Shown: piece by piece, positions 1 to 18,200 of the stretch
How the letters are laid out: each line of letters begins with the position of its first letter
Numbering within the stretch: the stretch's first letter is position 1
Position numbers and translations under genes: made by a program
From: the human T2T-CHM13v2.0 reference genome, Homo sapiens
Reading direction: 5' to 3' (one strand)
DNA: 64,000 nucleotides
Assembly (NCBI RefSeq): GCF_009914755.1
Contig: NC_060930.1
The notes under the pieces: model-generated
The model's input: the letters and a program-made list of their open reading frames with translations, nothing else
The model's database searches: none
Told to the model about the DNA's origin: nothing

Positions 1-389
1 CTTATACCCAGGTGGGCACAGGGATAACCATGGGGGCCTGCTGGGGGACCCCCTCCTGGCAGCATACACCCAGACCCTGGCATCCCAGGGTGGCTACTTC
101 CACCCTGGGCTGTCCCGTGTTTCTTCAGAGCTCATCGTAGAATGACCAACTCGGCCCAGTTTGCCACAGACTGTCTTGGTTTTAAAACTTCAAGTCCTTC
201 ATTCTAAAACCCCCTCAAGTCCTGGGCAAACTGGGGCTGGGGTAGTGGGGAGGTTGGTCACCCTAGGTCATTAGCGTCTGACCCCCAAAGTCCCTGACAT
301 ACATTTGGCAAAGATGAGGGGTGAGAAATAAGTGCTTTGACTTACTGATAGCCCAGACACCAAGAGGAAGTGACCAGGCCCCTGGCTCA

Positions 390-746
<357 letters not shown>

Positions 747-1493
747 CTATATTAACCAGGCCTAACTTAAAAAGAAAGCTAAGAATCAAAACTGACAAAA
801 ACAACCAAAAGATTAAGCATTGAGTGCTCTGTGCTAGGTGCTCTGCTGAGGGCTTTGCATACATTAGCTCATTGAAGCCTCACAATAACAATTATCTCAT
901 TTAGTAGGTAAGGAAAGAGGTGCTCTGAAAGATTATGAAAATTGCTTAATCTCACACAGTAAGAAGAGCTGGCATTTAAATCCATGTGTACTTGACTCAG
1001 GACTCTGCTCTTAACAACCAAGTACTACACAGGTCTTGATACTCTGTATAATGGAAACAAAAGTGTTTGAATTAAGTGCTATTTGACAGCTCCATTCTAC
1101 CAAATATCCCTAGAAATAATGGAAGGATTTTAAAAATCCATAATAGCATTGGAAGGTAAGAAAGAATGCCGTAGATAGCCCAGAAAGGTAAATTAGTACT
1201 GAAAGAGAGAAAGCAGATGGAACCGACCAGACGGATAGAGACCACAGCTCAAAGTGCACCCAGGAGAAGGTTCTGTAAAAACAGGGAGTGACTAGTGTGC
1301 ACGCAGCTTAGTAGTCACATGTACAGGAGCAGAGGGGTCCTACTACATGTCAGGGAGGTTGTCTAAGAGGGGAGTTATATTTGAAGGAGCTGGACAGGTT
1401 GGCCTCATCCTTCCCTGTCGGCACGGGAAGGCAGCAGAAGCATTTGCCTCAAGGATAGAGCACCAGTGCAGACACTTAAGCCAGCCATGGGGC

Positions 1494-1862
1494 TGTATTA
1501 GTTCCTTCTCATGCTGCTAATAAAGAAATACCTGAGACTGGGTAATTTATAAAGAAAAGAGGTTTCATTGACTCACAGTTCAGCATGGTTAGGGAGGCCT
1601 CAGGAAACTTACAATCATGGCAGAAGAGGAAGCAAACACGTCCTTCTTCACATGGCAGCAGCAAGAAATGTTGAGCAAAACAGGAAAAGCCCCTTATAAA
1701 AATCATCAGATCTCGTCAAAACTCACTATCATGAGAACAGCATGAGGGTAACCACCCCCATTATTAAATTACCTCCTACTGGGTCCCTCCCATGACACGT
1801 GGGGATTATGGGAACTACAATTCAAGAAGAGATTTGGGTGGGGACACAGCCAAACCATTTCG
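1494..1862 (-). mobile_element. THE1-family (ERVL-MaLR) solo LTR in MOCS1 intron 3
   Basis: Similar to THE1 consensus and to the LTR at 56383; 5-bp TSD GGGGC at 1489-1493 and 1863-1867. Confidence 0.88.
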
Positions 1863-1899
1863 GGGGCAAGGCCTGAGTCCTGGTGACACTCAGCAGTAC

Positions 1900-5060
<3,161 letters not shown>

Positions 5061-5066
5061 TATCTA

Positions 5067-5435
<369 letters not shown>

Positions 5436-5509
5436 TTAGGTGGCAGTGGGGTGGGGGCAGGGTACAGTATAGGGAAGGCCCCATAGGTAGTTAAAAGTTA
5501 TTGCCAAAT

Positions 5510-5803
5510 GGCTGGGCGCAGTGGCTCATGCCTGTAATCCTAGCACTTTGGGAGGCCGAGGCGGGTGGATCATGAGGTCAGGAGATCGAGATCATCCTGG
5601 CTAACACAGTGAAACCCCGCCTCTACTAAAAATATAAAAAATTAGCCAGGCATGGTGGCGGGTGCCTGTAGTCCCAGCTACTTGGGAGGCTGAGGTGGGA
5701 GAATGGCGTGAACCTGGGAGGCAGTGGTTGCAGTCAGCTCAGATCGCACCACTGCACTCCAGCCTGGGCGACAGAGCAAGACTGCGTCTAAAAAAAAAAA
5801 AAA
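5510..5803 (+). mobile_element. AluY-like
   Basis: GATCGAGATCATCCTGGCTAACA and GAATGGCGTGAAC diagnostics; imperfect TSD aaaagttattgccaaa/aaaactttttgccaaa. Confidence 0.92.
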
Positions 5804-6165
5804 CTTTTTGCCAAAACATTGGTGGTATAGTGGGTTTCCTTAGGAACCACTAACATTATTAACATGAATAAAGTAAAGCAAGTCATGCATGGATCAATGA
5901 TGAGAATATCTCATGAACCAAGTATGATTTAACTATGATTTAACCTAATTCTATGCAACTGGAGCCCACCAAAAATAAAACAAAATGCTTTACCTCTTTT
6001 CACAATCTGTCATTGGCTTTCCATTACATTAAGCCTCTCATGGGCTTTAAGCTGTGAAATCAAGCTATACTCTACAAGAAAGGCAGGAAGGAATGGAGGG
6101 AGCGAGGAATGGAAGGAAAGAAGGAAGGAAAGAAAAAGGAAAGGAAGAAGCTGCCGCAATGAGTG

Positions 6166-6365
6166 ATTTTTTTTCAACTTTTTTTTACGTTCAGGGGTAC
6201 ATGTGCAGGTTTGTTACATGGGTTAACTTGTGTCATGGGGGTTTGTTGTACAGATTACTTCGTCATCCAGGTACTAAGCCTAGTACTCAATAGTTATTTT
6301 TTCTGATCCTCTCCCTTTTCCCACCCTCCACCCTCAAGTAGGTCCCAGTGTCTGCTGTTCCCCAG
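6166..6365 (-). mobile_element. L1PA 3'-end fragment
   Basis: T-rich start then GGGGTACATGTGCAGGTTTGTTAC, the L1PA 3'UTR reverse complement. Confidence 0.85.
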
Positions 6366-6698
6366 TGAGCAATTCTTAAGCTAAGTCCAGCTCATCTGGC
6401 AGTGGCCAGTCGTTCGGGAAGTTAGGATGGAAAACAAGGGCCCTGCAAACTCCTCCAACACTCTCACAGTACTTGTGCGCTTAGTTCCTCTTCCTTCCTT
6501 TGGAAGACCCTAACTTTCACTGTCCAACACAGCAGCTGCTGGCCACATGAGGCTACTTAAATGAACGAAAAAATCATAAAATACAAATTCAGTTTCTCGG
6601 TTACATTAGCCACATGTCAGGCCCTCAAGAGCTATGAGTGGCTACTGTATCAGACAACACAGATGCAGAACATTCCATCATCTTGGGAAGCTCTATGG

Positions 6699-6909
6699 CA
6701 AGCTTGTCCAACCTGTGCCCTAGGGGCTGCACATGGCCTAGGATGGCTTTGAATGTGGCCCAACACAAATTTGTAAATTTTCTAAAAACATTAGATTTTT
6801 TGGTAAATTTTTAGCTCATCAGCTATCGTTAGTGTTCGTGTATTTTATGTGTGGCCTCAGACAATTCTTCCACTGTGGCCCAGGGAAGCCAAAAGATAGG
6901 ACACCCATG
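6699..6909 (+). mobile_element. MER30 (hAT) nested in a MER3-like element (~6515-6930)
   Basis: MER30-like body; 8-bp TSD ctctatgg/ctctctgg. Confidence 0.75.
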
Positions 6910-8926
6910 CTCTCTGGGACAATGCTATTCATGGCCAAACCCGCCATAACTTTTGCACCAAGATAATGCTTTAAACCCATCTCAGCTGAAAAGAAGGGGC
7001 ATGGGACTTTGTCTGCACACGAAGCAGGGTGCAGAAGTGCTGGAGAGGCAAGGGGTTGGCAGAGGGAGCCAGAGAGAGCTGAGGGGCCCAAACCCTTCCC
7101 GTGGGGTGTTCTGCAGCACCTCTCAAAGGCTGACAGAGCTTCAGACATGGACCTGAGGTGAACGGGACCTCAGGCTCGGCAGAAACTGTAACCTGCAATC
7201 CTTTTGCTCTGCCTCCAGGTGGGGGCCCCTCAAAACCCTCACGTGAGAGGGTAGGCACAAGTGTTCGTGAACATCCTGGCCCTGACTTCTGTTCTCTCTC
7301 TTCCCCCATCCCTCCTTCCTCCACCAGCACCCATCTGCCCTGCCCTTCAAGGCTGCTTTGCTCTGAAGCAGCTCCTCTGGGGAAGATCAGAGGCTAGCCC
7401 CTGAGGGATGTCAGAGTGCTCACAGGCACAGCGCCACAGGAAGTGAGGGGGTGCAGCCACCATTCTTTTTGAAGCACTGGGAGAGGGGCAAGGGGAGGTG
7501 TTTCACCCACCCCCACCACCTGGGAGGCAGGAGGTAAATCCTCAGAAGCAGGTCACTGCAAGCGGGGCCTTGTCCTAACTAGCATCCATGTGGCGATCAC
7601 CCCTTGCCCATCCCATTCCATCAGCCAGGGCCAATAACCACAGAATATCACAGCAGAAAACATCCTTAAAGTGGCTCATCCACAGCTGAGGAAACTGAGG
7701 CCCTCGGTGGGGAAGGAACCTGCACAAGTTCACCCAGCCAGAGAGTGGCAGAATGGGGACAGAGCTACCAACTTTCCTGGCTCCCATTCTTCCCTCTCTG
7801 CATGCTGGGGTTTCCCGGGAGAGCCCCGAGTCCTCATACCAGTGCTCAGCCATCCTGTACCTCCCTGACCAGTGAGTGATCCTCATCCCCTCTGCTCTCT
7901 CACAGGTCCTGGCACAAGGCGGCCCATGCCCGCGGGTGCCAGGGAGAGGAAGTGGCCTGGATGAGGGGGCTGGGCCTGGCAAGCAGCTGGTTCAGCAGGT
8001 TCAGCCCTTTCCTGGTAGCCAGCCTGCCTTTTAGCCCTGAGGAGCTGCCTGGAACATGGGGTCAGCTTGCCTGGGCCAGCTCAGCCAGCACAGGATGACA
8101 GAGGTTCCCAGGCCAAGTGACCAGTAGGAGCTGAAGGGAGCTGGCCATGGGGCAGGAGGGAGAAGAGGGCTGTCAGGGGGACCTGGGCCCCTCCTTGGGA
8201 CTCTCACAGCACCTAGGCTCCCCTTATACAGCAGCTGCTTCCTCCAGTGGGCCACGGGTCCTCAACAGCAGGGCTGGTGCTCATTCATCTTCGTGTGCTC
8301 AGCACAGTAGGAGGCATGCAAGAGGGCACTCCAGCGAACAATTACTGAGCTAGAGAGCTGAGGGGCGGGGGGTCCTGTCCAAAGCAGCTGGACGGGGCAG
8401 CAATCAAGAACATGGAACCTCATAGCCCCGATTTCATCACCTATAATTACATGAGCAAAGGTCTCTTTCCTGATCTTGGGGTTTAGAAGCTCATGGCAAG
8501 AGGCCCTTTAGAGCTACCTTTACAGAGCACTTGCCATAGGCTGGGCATTTCATTCTCATTCCCTCCTCAGGTCAACCTTATAAGGTAGGTACTATCACTG
8601 CCTCAAGGCTTAGAACAGATTTTAAAAGTTGCCCAAGGTACGCTTCTTGTAAGAGGCACAGTGGAGACTCAGATAGGAATATGCCGTACTGCAGAGACTA
8701 CTCTGACCCAGTCTCCATTCATTCAGCGAATTTCAGGGAGCATCAACCACGTGTCAGGCACGGTACTGGATGCCAAAAACAAAACCTGCTCCAGCAACCT
8801 GAGAGCTTTCACGCCAGCAAATGCAGGAGACAGACAATTAAAGAAACCAAACACACAACCCAAACACACAGTGCCAGGATGAGATAAATGCTATGAAGCA
8901 AAACAAAGTAGGGTAAGTGAGTAGGG

Positions 8927-9564
<638 letters not shown>

Positions 9565-9985
9565 GGAAAGAGTGGCTGGTGTGAGTACATGAGGACGCAC
9601 TTTAGACAGGATGGTTGAGGAAGGCCTTGCTGAGAAGATGACATGTGAACAGAGACCTGAATGAGGTCGAGGAGAGTGCCCTGAGCTCCTAGCAAAGGGA
9701 ACAGCACATGTCAAGGCCCGGTCATGTGAATGGGAAGGAGGGGAAAGGTGGAGAAGCCTGCAAGGGTTTTGGAGGTCAGCAAGAGCCAGGTCACGTGGGC
9801 CTCCTGGAGGACCTTGGTCTCAATGTGACAGCAAGCTACTGAGGTCTGGCATTTGCGAGCTTCCTGACCTTGGGCAAGTTATCCAACCTAAGCCTCATTT
9901 TCTCATCAAAAATGGAAATAATAATAGCACCTGTCTCAGCAGGTGTTGTAGGACCAAGAGAGTGTCATGTGCTAAATGAATGTCA

Positions 9986-10435
<450 letters not shown>

Positions 10436-11098
10436 TTAACACCTTTCCCTATGCCCAACACACACAATCTGGCCATAACATCCCTCAGTGGGAGGCCAAG
10501 GGCATGGGTTAGAGATGAAGTAGGCTGAGGGCAGAGCCTGGCCTGACTTCCTGGGCTGAGGGCACCTGGGCAGGGGCGTTCCTCCTGGCATTGTCACCCA
10601 TCCTCCTGCATTTCACTGGCTATGGCAAACAGGTAGCTTTCTCTCTGTGTGTCATGGGGTGAGAGAGAGGTACTCTCTGGCCTGGCAAAAGCTGCCGCCC
10701 TCTGTAGCTACAAGCATTCTCAAATCCACTCTATCTATTTCAGGTTATCATCAGACCCATTTTATATGTTGGAAAACTGAGATACTACTTGTTCATGGTG
10801 AGGTATCAGAATGGGGTAAATGAGGTGAGCAGCGGCAGGCTGTGGAAGGGCCACCATCCTCCACCATCACTTCCTGTGGTGCAGTTTCATTAAGGTTTGG
10901 GTCAAGATCTGTTAGAGAGTCATGAAGGCAAATTACTCAGTTGGGTCCAGAACCAGTCCTTTGAGACTGAAGAGAATAAGTAAGACTACCAGAATGTAAA
11001 GCATATAGTACATCTTGTTTGGTTAAAAAGTTACTAAACATACATGCATGCATTTATTGGGCCATGAAGTAACTTTATTTCTTATCGTGAGGTATAGT

Positions 11099-12102
11099 GA
11101 AAGAAAGTGGGGAGGAAAAGAAGGGGGGGAAGGGGGGAAGGGGGGAAGGAGGGGGAAGGAGGGGGAAGGAGGGGGAAGGAGGGGGAAGGAGGAAGGCGGA
11201 AAGGGGGAGGGGAGAAGGGGAGGGGCAGGGGGGAGGGGGAAAAGGGGCGGGGAAGGGGGGAAAAGGGGCGGGGGGAAGGGGGAAAGGGGTGGGGGGAAGG
11301 GGGGAAGGGGAAAGGGGTGAGGGGAAGGGGGGAAGGGGGAAAGGGGTGAGGGGAGGATGGAGGGGGAGGGGGAGGGGAGGGGGGAGGGGAGGAGGGAGGG
11401 GGAGGGGAGGGGAGGGGAGGGGACGGGAGGGGAGGGGAGGGGGGAGGGGAGGGGAGGGGAGGGGAGGGGAGGGGAGGGGAGGGGGGAGGGGAGGGGAGGG
11501 GATGGGAGGGGAGGGGAGGGGAGGGGGGAGGGGGAGGGGAGGGGAGGGGGGAGGGGAGGGGAGGGGAGGGGAGGGGAGGGGAGGGGGGAGGGGGAGGGGA
11601 GGGGAGGGGAGGGGAGGGGGAGGGGAGGGGAGGGGAGGGGAGGGGAGGGGGAGGGGAGGGGGAGGGGAGGGGAGGGGAGGGGAGGGGGAGGGGAGGGGGA
11701 GGGGAGGGGGAGGGAAGAGAGGGAGGGGGAGGGGGAGGGAAGAGAGGGAGGGGGAGGGGGAGGGAAGAGAGGGAGGGGGAGGGGGAGGGAAGGGAGGGAG
11801 GGGAGGGGGAGGGAGGGGAGGGGAGTGGAGGGGGAGGGAGGAGGGAGGGGAGTGGAGGGGGAGGGGGAGGGAGGGGAGGGGAGGGGGAGGGGGAGGGAAG
11901 GGAGGGAGAGGGAGGGGAGGGGAGTGGAGGGGGAGGGGGAGGGAGGAGGGATGGGAGTGGAGGGGGAGGGGGAGGGAGGGGAGGGGAGGGGGAGGGGGAG
12001 GGAAGGGAGGGAGGGGGAGGGGGAGGGAGGGGAGGGGGAGGGAGGGTGGAGGGGAGGGGAAAGTGGGGAGAGGCAGAAGGAAGGAACAGAGGGGAAGGGA
12101 GA
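11099..12102 (+). repeat. ~1 kb polypurine G-rich compound tandem repeat (GGGGA/GGGA/GGGGGA/GGGGGAAGGA units) in MOCS1 intron 2
   Basis: About 20 pyrimidines in ~1000 nt on the + strand; stop-free low-complexity ORFs in several frames. Confidence 0.97.
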
Positions 12103-12586
12103 TCAACTTTGGAAGTCCCTCCAGCAGTGGCTACAGATCCAGAGCACTCTTTGGGAGGATTATGAAATGAGGCCTCTTTGTTATTAGCCTGGCCCCAGCT
12201 GATTTGTCACGGGACTGGGGCACCTCCAGAGTCAGCAGTGCTGGCATGGGCATGGCTGTCTACTTCAAATGTTTATAATGTCCACCACCCCACCCCTGGC
12301 CATGTCCTGGACTTCGGGAACTACAGGGAAACAGGAGGAAGGACCCCTGAAGAATGAGAGGTCCAGGATCCAATCTTAATTCTAAATCCAACTGCATTTA
12401 TGTTTTCAAATCTAATTCCAAGTAGGACACAGCTTCTATAATCATACAACTCAGCCTTGACCCCTATCTTGCCCCTGAAGCCCACCTGGCCTGGTAAGCA
12501 AGGGGTAGCAGGTGAAGAAGTTAGAAAGCAGAACTGGAGGACACAGGAGGATTTCCAGGCACAGGGAAATTTCAAGGGCTGCTTCA

Positions 12587-12958
<372 letters not shown>

Positions 12959-13398
12959 TTAAGTATTCAGCTCGGGGGTCGGGGGCGGATGGTGATCTCT
13001 ACTGGGAAGATTTCTGGCTGGGCAGCAAGGTGGAGGCAAGGGTGTGGGGAAATCTATTAGCCCTTATTCTTCACTCTAGCCAGTGCCAAAAAAAGGATTG
13101 TGCACCCATGGTCTCGGGCATAAATGAGAAGAGACTGCTGAAGGCCACAAGCAAGGCCCAAACCCGTCCTGCAGAGAGAAAGGAGGGAGCCGGCTTCACT
13201 CTTTCCCATGTACAAGTCTGATCTAGTCTGATCCGTCTCCCCCTGACCTATCGGTCCTTGGAGAGTACAACCTGGGTCCCGACAGATGCTGATGAGATAA
13301 TTGCTCCAAGGAAGTAGCATTTACCAAGCATCTTAAAGTTTCCAAAGAACGTTCTGTTTCATTCCCACACCCACTCCACAAGGGATTATTATAACTAA

Positions 13399-13765
<367 letters not shown>

Positions 13766-14960
13766 CTGATTCCAGGTTCTAAATTACTCCCTTCTATCAC
13801 AGAGAGAGTCCAAGAAGATAGGGAGGATGACAACTAGGGTGGGTAGAAGTCACTTCTCTAGAATATTTCAGACAAAAAAATCACGACCCTGGAAGTCATG
13901 CATGAGATCTACAGACAAGGTTCTGGAATGGGAATAAGAAACCCTGGTTTCTGCAGTAGGTATGACCTGGTACACTGTGAAAGTCCCTTAACTTCTCCAG
14001 GCCTGCTTTCCCAGTTGTAAAATAAGAATACAGCTACAGGCTAAGGTTGTCTTGCTAGGAGTAAAGACAGGGGTGGAGTGGTAGTGGTGGTATCAGAAGA
14101 TGGTAGGTGAACACTTAAAATTATGATGAAGAACAGAAGGTCTCAGGCCCTCCAAAGGTCTAGCGCAACTATGCCTACAATTAGGAGGAAGAAGCATTTG
14201 CTTCAGTAAGTTCCTCAGCTCCAGCTGCACATTAGAACCATCTGGAGAACTTTAAAAAAACATTCCAGTGGAGACCAACTAAATCTGGATCTCTGAATCT
14301 GTTACGTTTTCAATCTCTCCAGGTAATTCTCATCGGCAGCCCTTGACTGGGTCAAGAGCCACTGAGTGGCTCAAAGATAAGAGACATGAGAGTATGTGTG
14401 AAGCTGCTCTTGATTTTCTGGGCCCATAAAACATTCCTCACTCTACCCACCGCGGGAGAATTTCCCACCTCCTCTGAGAAGCCCTGCTCACCATCCTGTG
14501 GGGAGTAAGCAGCAGTCACTTCTCTAACTGCCGTCTGCTATAATCACAACAGTCACTTCCTCCCTCCCTGCGGTGTGATGGAGAAAACTCAAACTCAACC
14601 CATTGCCTTTCCACAGATAGCCTCAGGGTTGGGGCGGGGAGCACTCCATAATCAAGAATCCCATCAGCCACCGGAGTCCAGATGAGATACCTGGGAATCT
14701 GGATGTATTGCAGTGCTGTGCCCTCTTTTTCATCAACAGCTATTTGCAATTCAGTCATGTTAGTCACCCTAGATTCTGCCTCTTCACTTGCCAAGATACC
14801 CCCCCTCAACCCAGTCTTGACATGATGGGGGGATGGGGTGGCTGGATGGGGGAGGAGTCAAAATACATCAAAGAATTGGAAGTTGAGAGGACCAAGGAGC
14901 ATTATTCAGCAGAAACCTGAGAACAAGCAGTGTGATGGAGCAATCAAGAATGGAATTAGG

Positions 14961-15262
14961 GGCCGGGTGTGGTGGTTCATGCCTGGAATCCCAGCACTTT
15001 GGGAGGCCGAGGAGGGCAGATCATTTGAGGCCAGGAGTGTGAGACTAGCCTGGGCAACATGGCAAAACCCCGTCTCTACTAAAAAATACAAAAGTTAGCT
15101 GGCTGTGGTGGCGCGAGTCTGTAATCCCAGCTACTCGGGAGGCTGAGGCAAGAGAATCGCTTGAACCCAGAAGGCAGATGTGGCAGTCAGCCAAGATCGC
15201 ACCACTGTACTCCAGCCTGGGCAACAGAGCGAGATTCTCTCAAAAAAAAAAAAAAAAAAAAA
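14961..15262 (+). mobile_element. Alu (old S/J)
   Basis: Full Alu, poly-A tail, TSD AATGGAATT(A/T)GG. Confidence 0.93.
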
Positions 15263-18200
15263 TGGAATTTGGTGCTTTTGTTCTGGCAATGGGAGAGGCT
15301 GGTCAGATTTCACTTTTAAGAACTTCTGTGACCTTGTCTAGACTTATGCAGACTGCACCACCCGTTCTGAACCCAGCCTCCTAAACACACACACTCTCAC
15401 CCTGCCAGCAATGCAAACTCATTACTCAGATATTAACGAGCCCCATTCCTGCATCTTCTCTCCTCTAACACTGCATGCCCTACTTTCATTCTTCTACTTT
15501 TTTCCCTGTCCCTTAAGTCTCCTGGAGGAAAAAAATATCAGCACCAGTCAAAGGAGCCCAAGATTCAGAGGGAATTATAGGACAGAGTAGACAGCAACCC
15601 TGCTTGCTCAGGAGGGCTGGGACATGCCAGAAGTAGTAGGAAGCACTCAACGGATCATATTCCCAGGGTCCCGGGCTGGCCTGGGCTGTTTCCTCTCCGT
15701 GAGAAGTCATTCTGCCTGATTCAGTATCCCCAGTGTCTAGCACAGGATGTTGGTACATTTTGAATCACATGAACAAATAGTCCTGTCCCTAATGTAAGCA
15801 GAAAGGTCGTATATGCAAAAGCCAGTTACATGGGGGTAAACATTTCCCCGGCTGGTCTCTACTGTCAAAATGGTTTAACCTGGTATAGTGGTTTGAAACC
15901 CTGGCAGCCCATCAAAATCACTCAAGGAGCTTCAAGAAGGATTCTAGTTTCAAGAAGGAGCTAGAATCTGTCCCAAAGATTCTAGCTCAATCTAGTGCCT
16001 CAGCTGTGCAGCCAGGGCTGAGAACCATCGGCCTAGTGACACCAAGTGCCAGGTGCTATTTTAATCCAGGGCAAGTTGTTGTGGTTCTGAGCACAGGATT
16101 TGGAGTAGGTGAGCCTATATTACAAGCCTGGCTCTAGCTGTTGAGCAAGTCACCTAAATTCTCGAAACCTTAGTTTCCTCATCTATGCAGTGGAAATAAT
16201 AATCCAACCTAACTCAGCTGGAGGAGTTCCTGGCACCGAGGTTTTCATTCAGTGATCCATGGAGGAACACTGTTGTGTGCTGTGATCAGTTTTTCTAGTT
16301 TGTCAGCTTCCCTTCCCTTCCAAGACCCTGGCCTTCCAACCCTACTAACAGCAGATGGCCAGAGGCAGGGTTTCAAAGCTGCTGCCACACCACCCAAGTG
16401 GGGTCTGAGCATCCCCAGGACCACCAATACTGGTGTGCATCAGCAGGCACTAAGCAGCCTGCCAGACACTACTGGTCATCTCATGTCTACCCAATGCAGA
16501 TTAGGGTGAAGGGGGTGGGGAAGGGTGGGACAAAAGAGTTAAAGCGGGACCCTGCCCTCAAGGTGCCCTCCTCTACTAGTCACTCATCTTAGGCATCTGA
16601 TTTGACTGCTAAAGGCTAGCCCTCAAATAGCTCCAAAGTCTAAACAGAGCAGCAGGGTTATTCGAGAGGAAAAAAAGCACATTCCAAATCTAAGTATCAG
16701 TGGCCCTGATTTACCCTGCTATTGGGATGATGTATACTAAGGGTCTCTTAAAATTAATCTCTTTTAAATGAGAGGACCCAACAAAGAGCCTAGCCTAGCT
16801 CGATTCTCCTTCCCCCTCCCCTCATTCCCACCCTAAGTGTGAGGTCTTTACACCTATAGCTTCTGAGGAGGACAGTCACATTTCGCTGAAACATGGATTT
16901 TGAGGAGCTGGGCAGATTGGAAGTCAAGATGACCCCCTGAAAGCCCTCTTTCCCTCCTCCCCCTCATTCTCCCTCACCAGTGCCTGCTGTACTCCTTCTA
17001 CCTTCACCCACACCCACTTCCTTGCAGCCTAACCCCTAGCCAGCATTTGTTTTTTCTGGCCCCCTGAACAGATGGGTGCCTTTGCCTTGCCTAGACTCAC
17101 CCTCCCTGCTTCCCCCGCCACAGGCAGCAGGCTTCATTGTTGCCCAACAAAGCCTGCATGGAGCCTCAGAGGGAGAAAGAGGGATACAGCACTCCCAGGC
17201 TAGGCTGAACCCTACAAAGATTGTCTGGGCCACCCCAGATGCAGGCTGGCAGGTTGCTGTGTCTCCCCCACCCACCTCCCCATTGACCCACACACTACTC
17301 CTTTCCATAGCTAGAAGCTACTCGACCTGTTCTTGGACTCAGCCCACAGCCCCCTTTCCGCAATCCTCACAGCCAGCTCCCACTTAACCTCACTTCTCTC
17401 CCTCACACCCTCATCCTGCCACACAAACAATGCCCAGTGGCTTTCCATCCTAGCTCTCCAAGCACCTCCCATCCCAAACCAGACTACCAGAGCCCTGTGT
17501 GGGCGTGTTGGGGGAGACAGACCCTGCAAGAAGGGGTTCAAGGTGTCCCCACCCCAACTGGCAAGCTCTGGAGATGAGCAGACCATATCCATTTCCAGAC
17601 TCACCTCCCCTTAGAGTCTCCTCAAGACAAGTTTCTGTGCCCTCCCCCATCTTATGATGGGCTGGCCCAGTCCTCTCATTTTATAAACATGAAGCAAAGG
17701 GAAGTGACAGCCCCAGGAGCCAGGTGAAATTGGAGGCGAAACTGGCGGGTGAAAACATGGGACTCCCTGTCCAGTGTGGTCTACTATGCCACGTGACTCC
17801 TCACTAGTTAAGTTTCAAGCAGCTACAATTATTGGCTGAATCCACTGCCTGCACAACCCTGCGTTAAGCGCTTGTGGGGATAGAAAGGCGGAGGTGCACC
17901 CAGCCCTCAGGAACTCCCAGTCTGCTGAAGATAATCCTAATGAGATGTCCAGGATTCAATGTGAGTTGACAGAATAGCTATCCAACAAGTCCAGATGGGA
18001 GGGGACTCACAGGACAGAGCATGTGCCAGTGGCAGCATGGATAATAGTAATTACCACCAACATTTACATAACACAGCACTTACATGGGCTAAGCTTTGTT
18101 CTAAGTATATACGTTAACATACGTTAACTCTTTTAATCCCTGTGACATCCTATGAAGTAGACACTTTTATTCTTACTTTGCAGATGAGAAAACAGACACT

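Noticed and set aside
11048-12187. Long Gly/Arg/Glu-rich and Pro-rich ORFs (357, 343, 276 aa)
   Set aside because: Stop-free only because the purine repeat almost lacks T on + (A on -); intronic, low complexity, no coding evidence.
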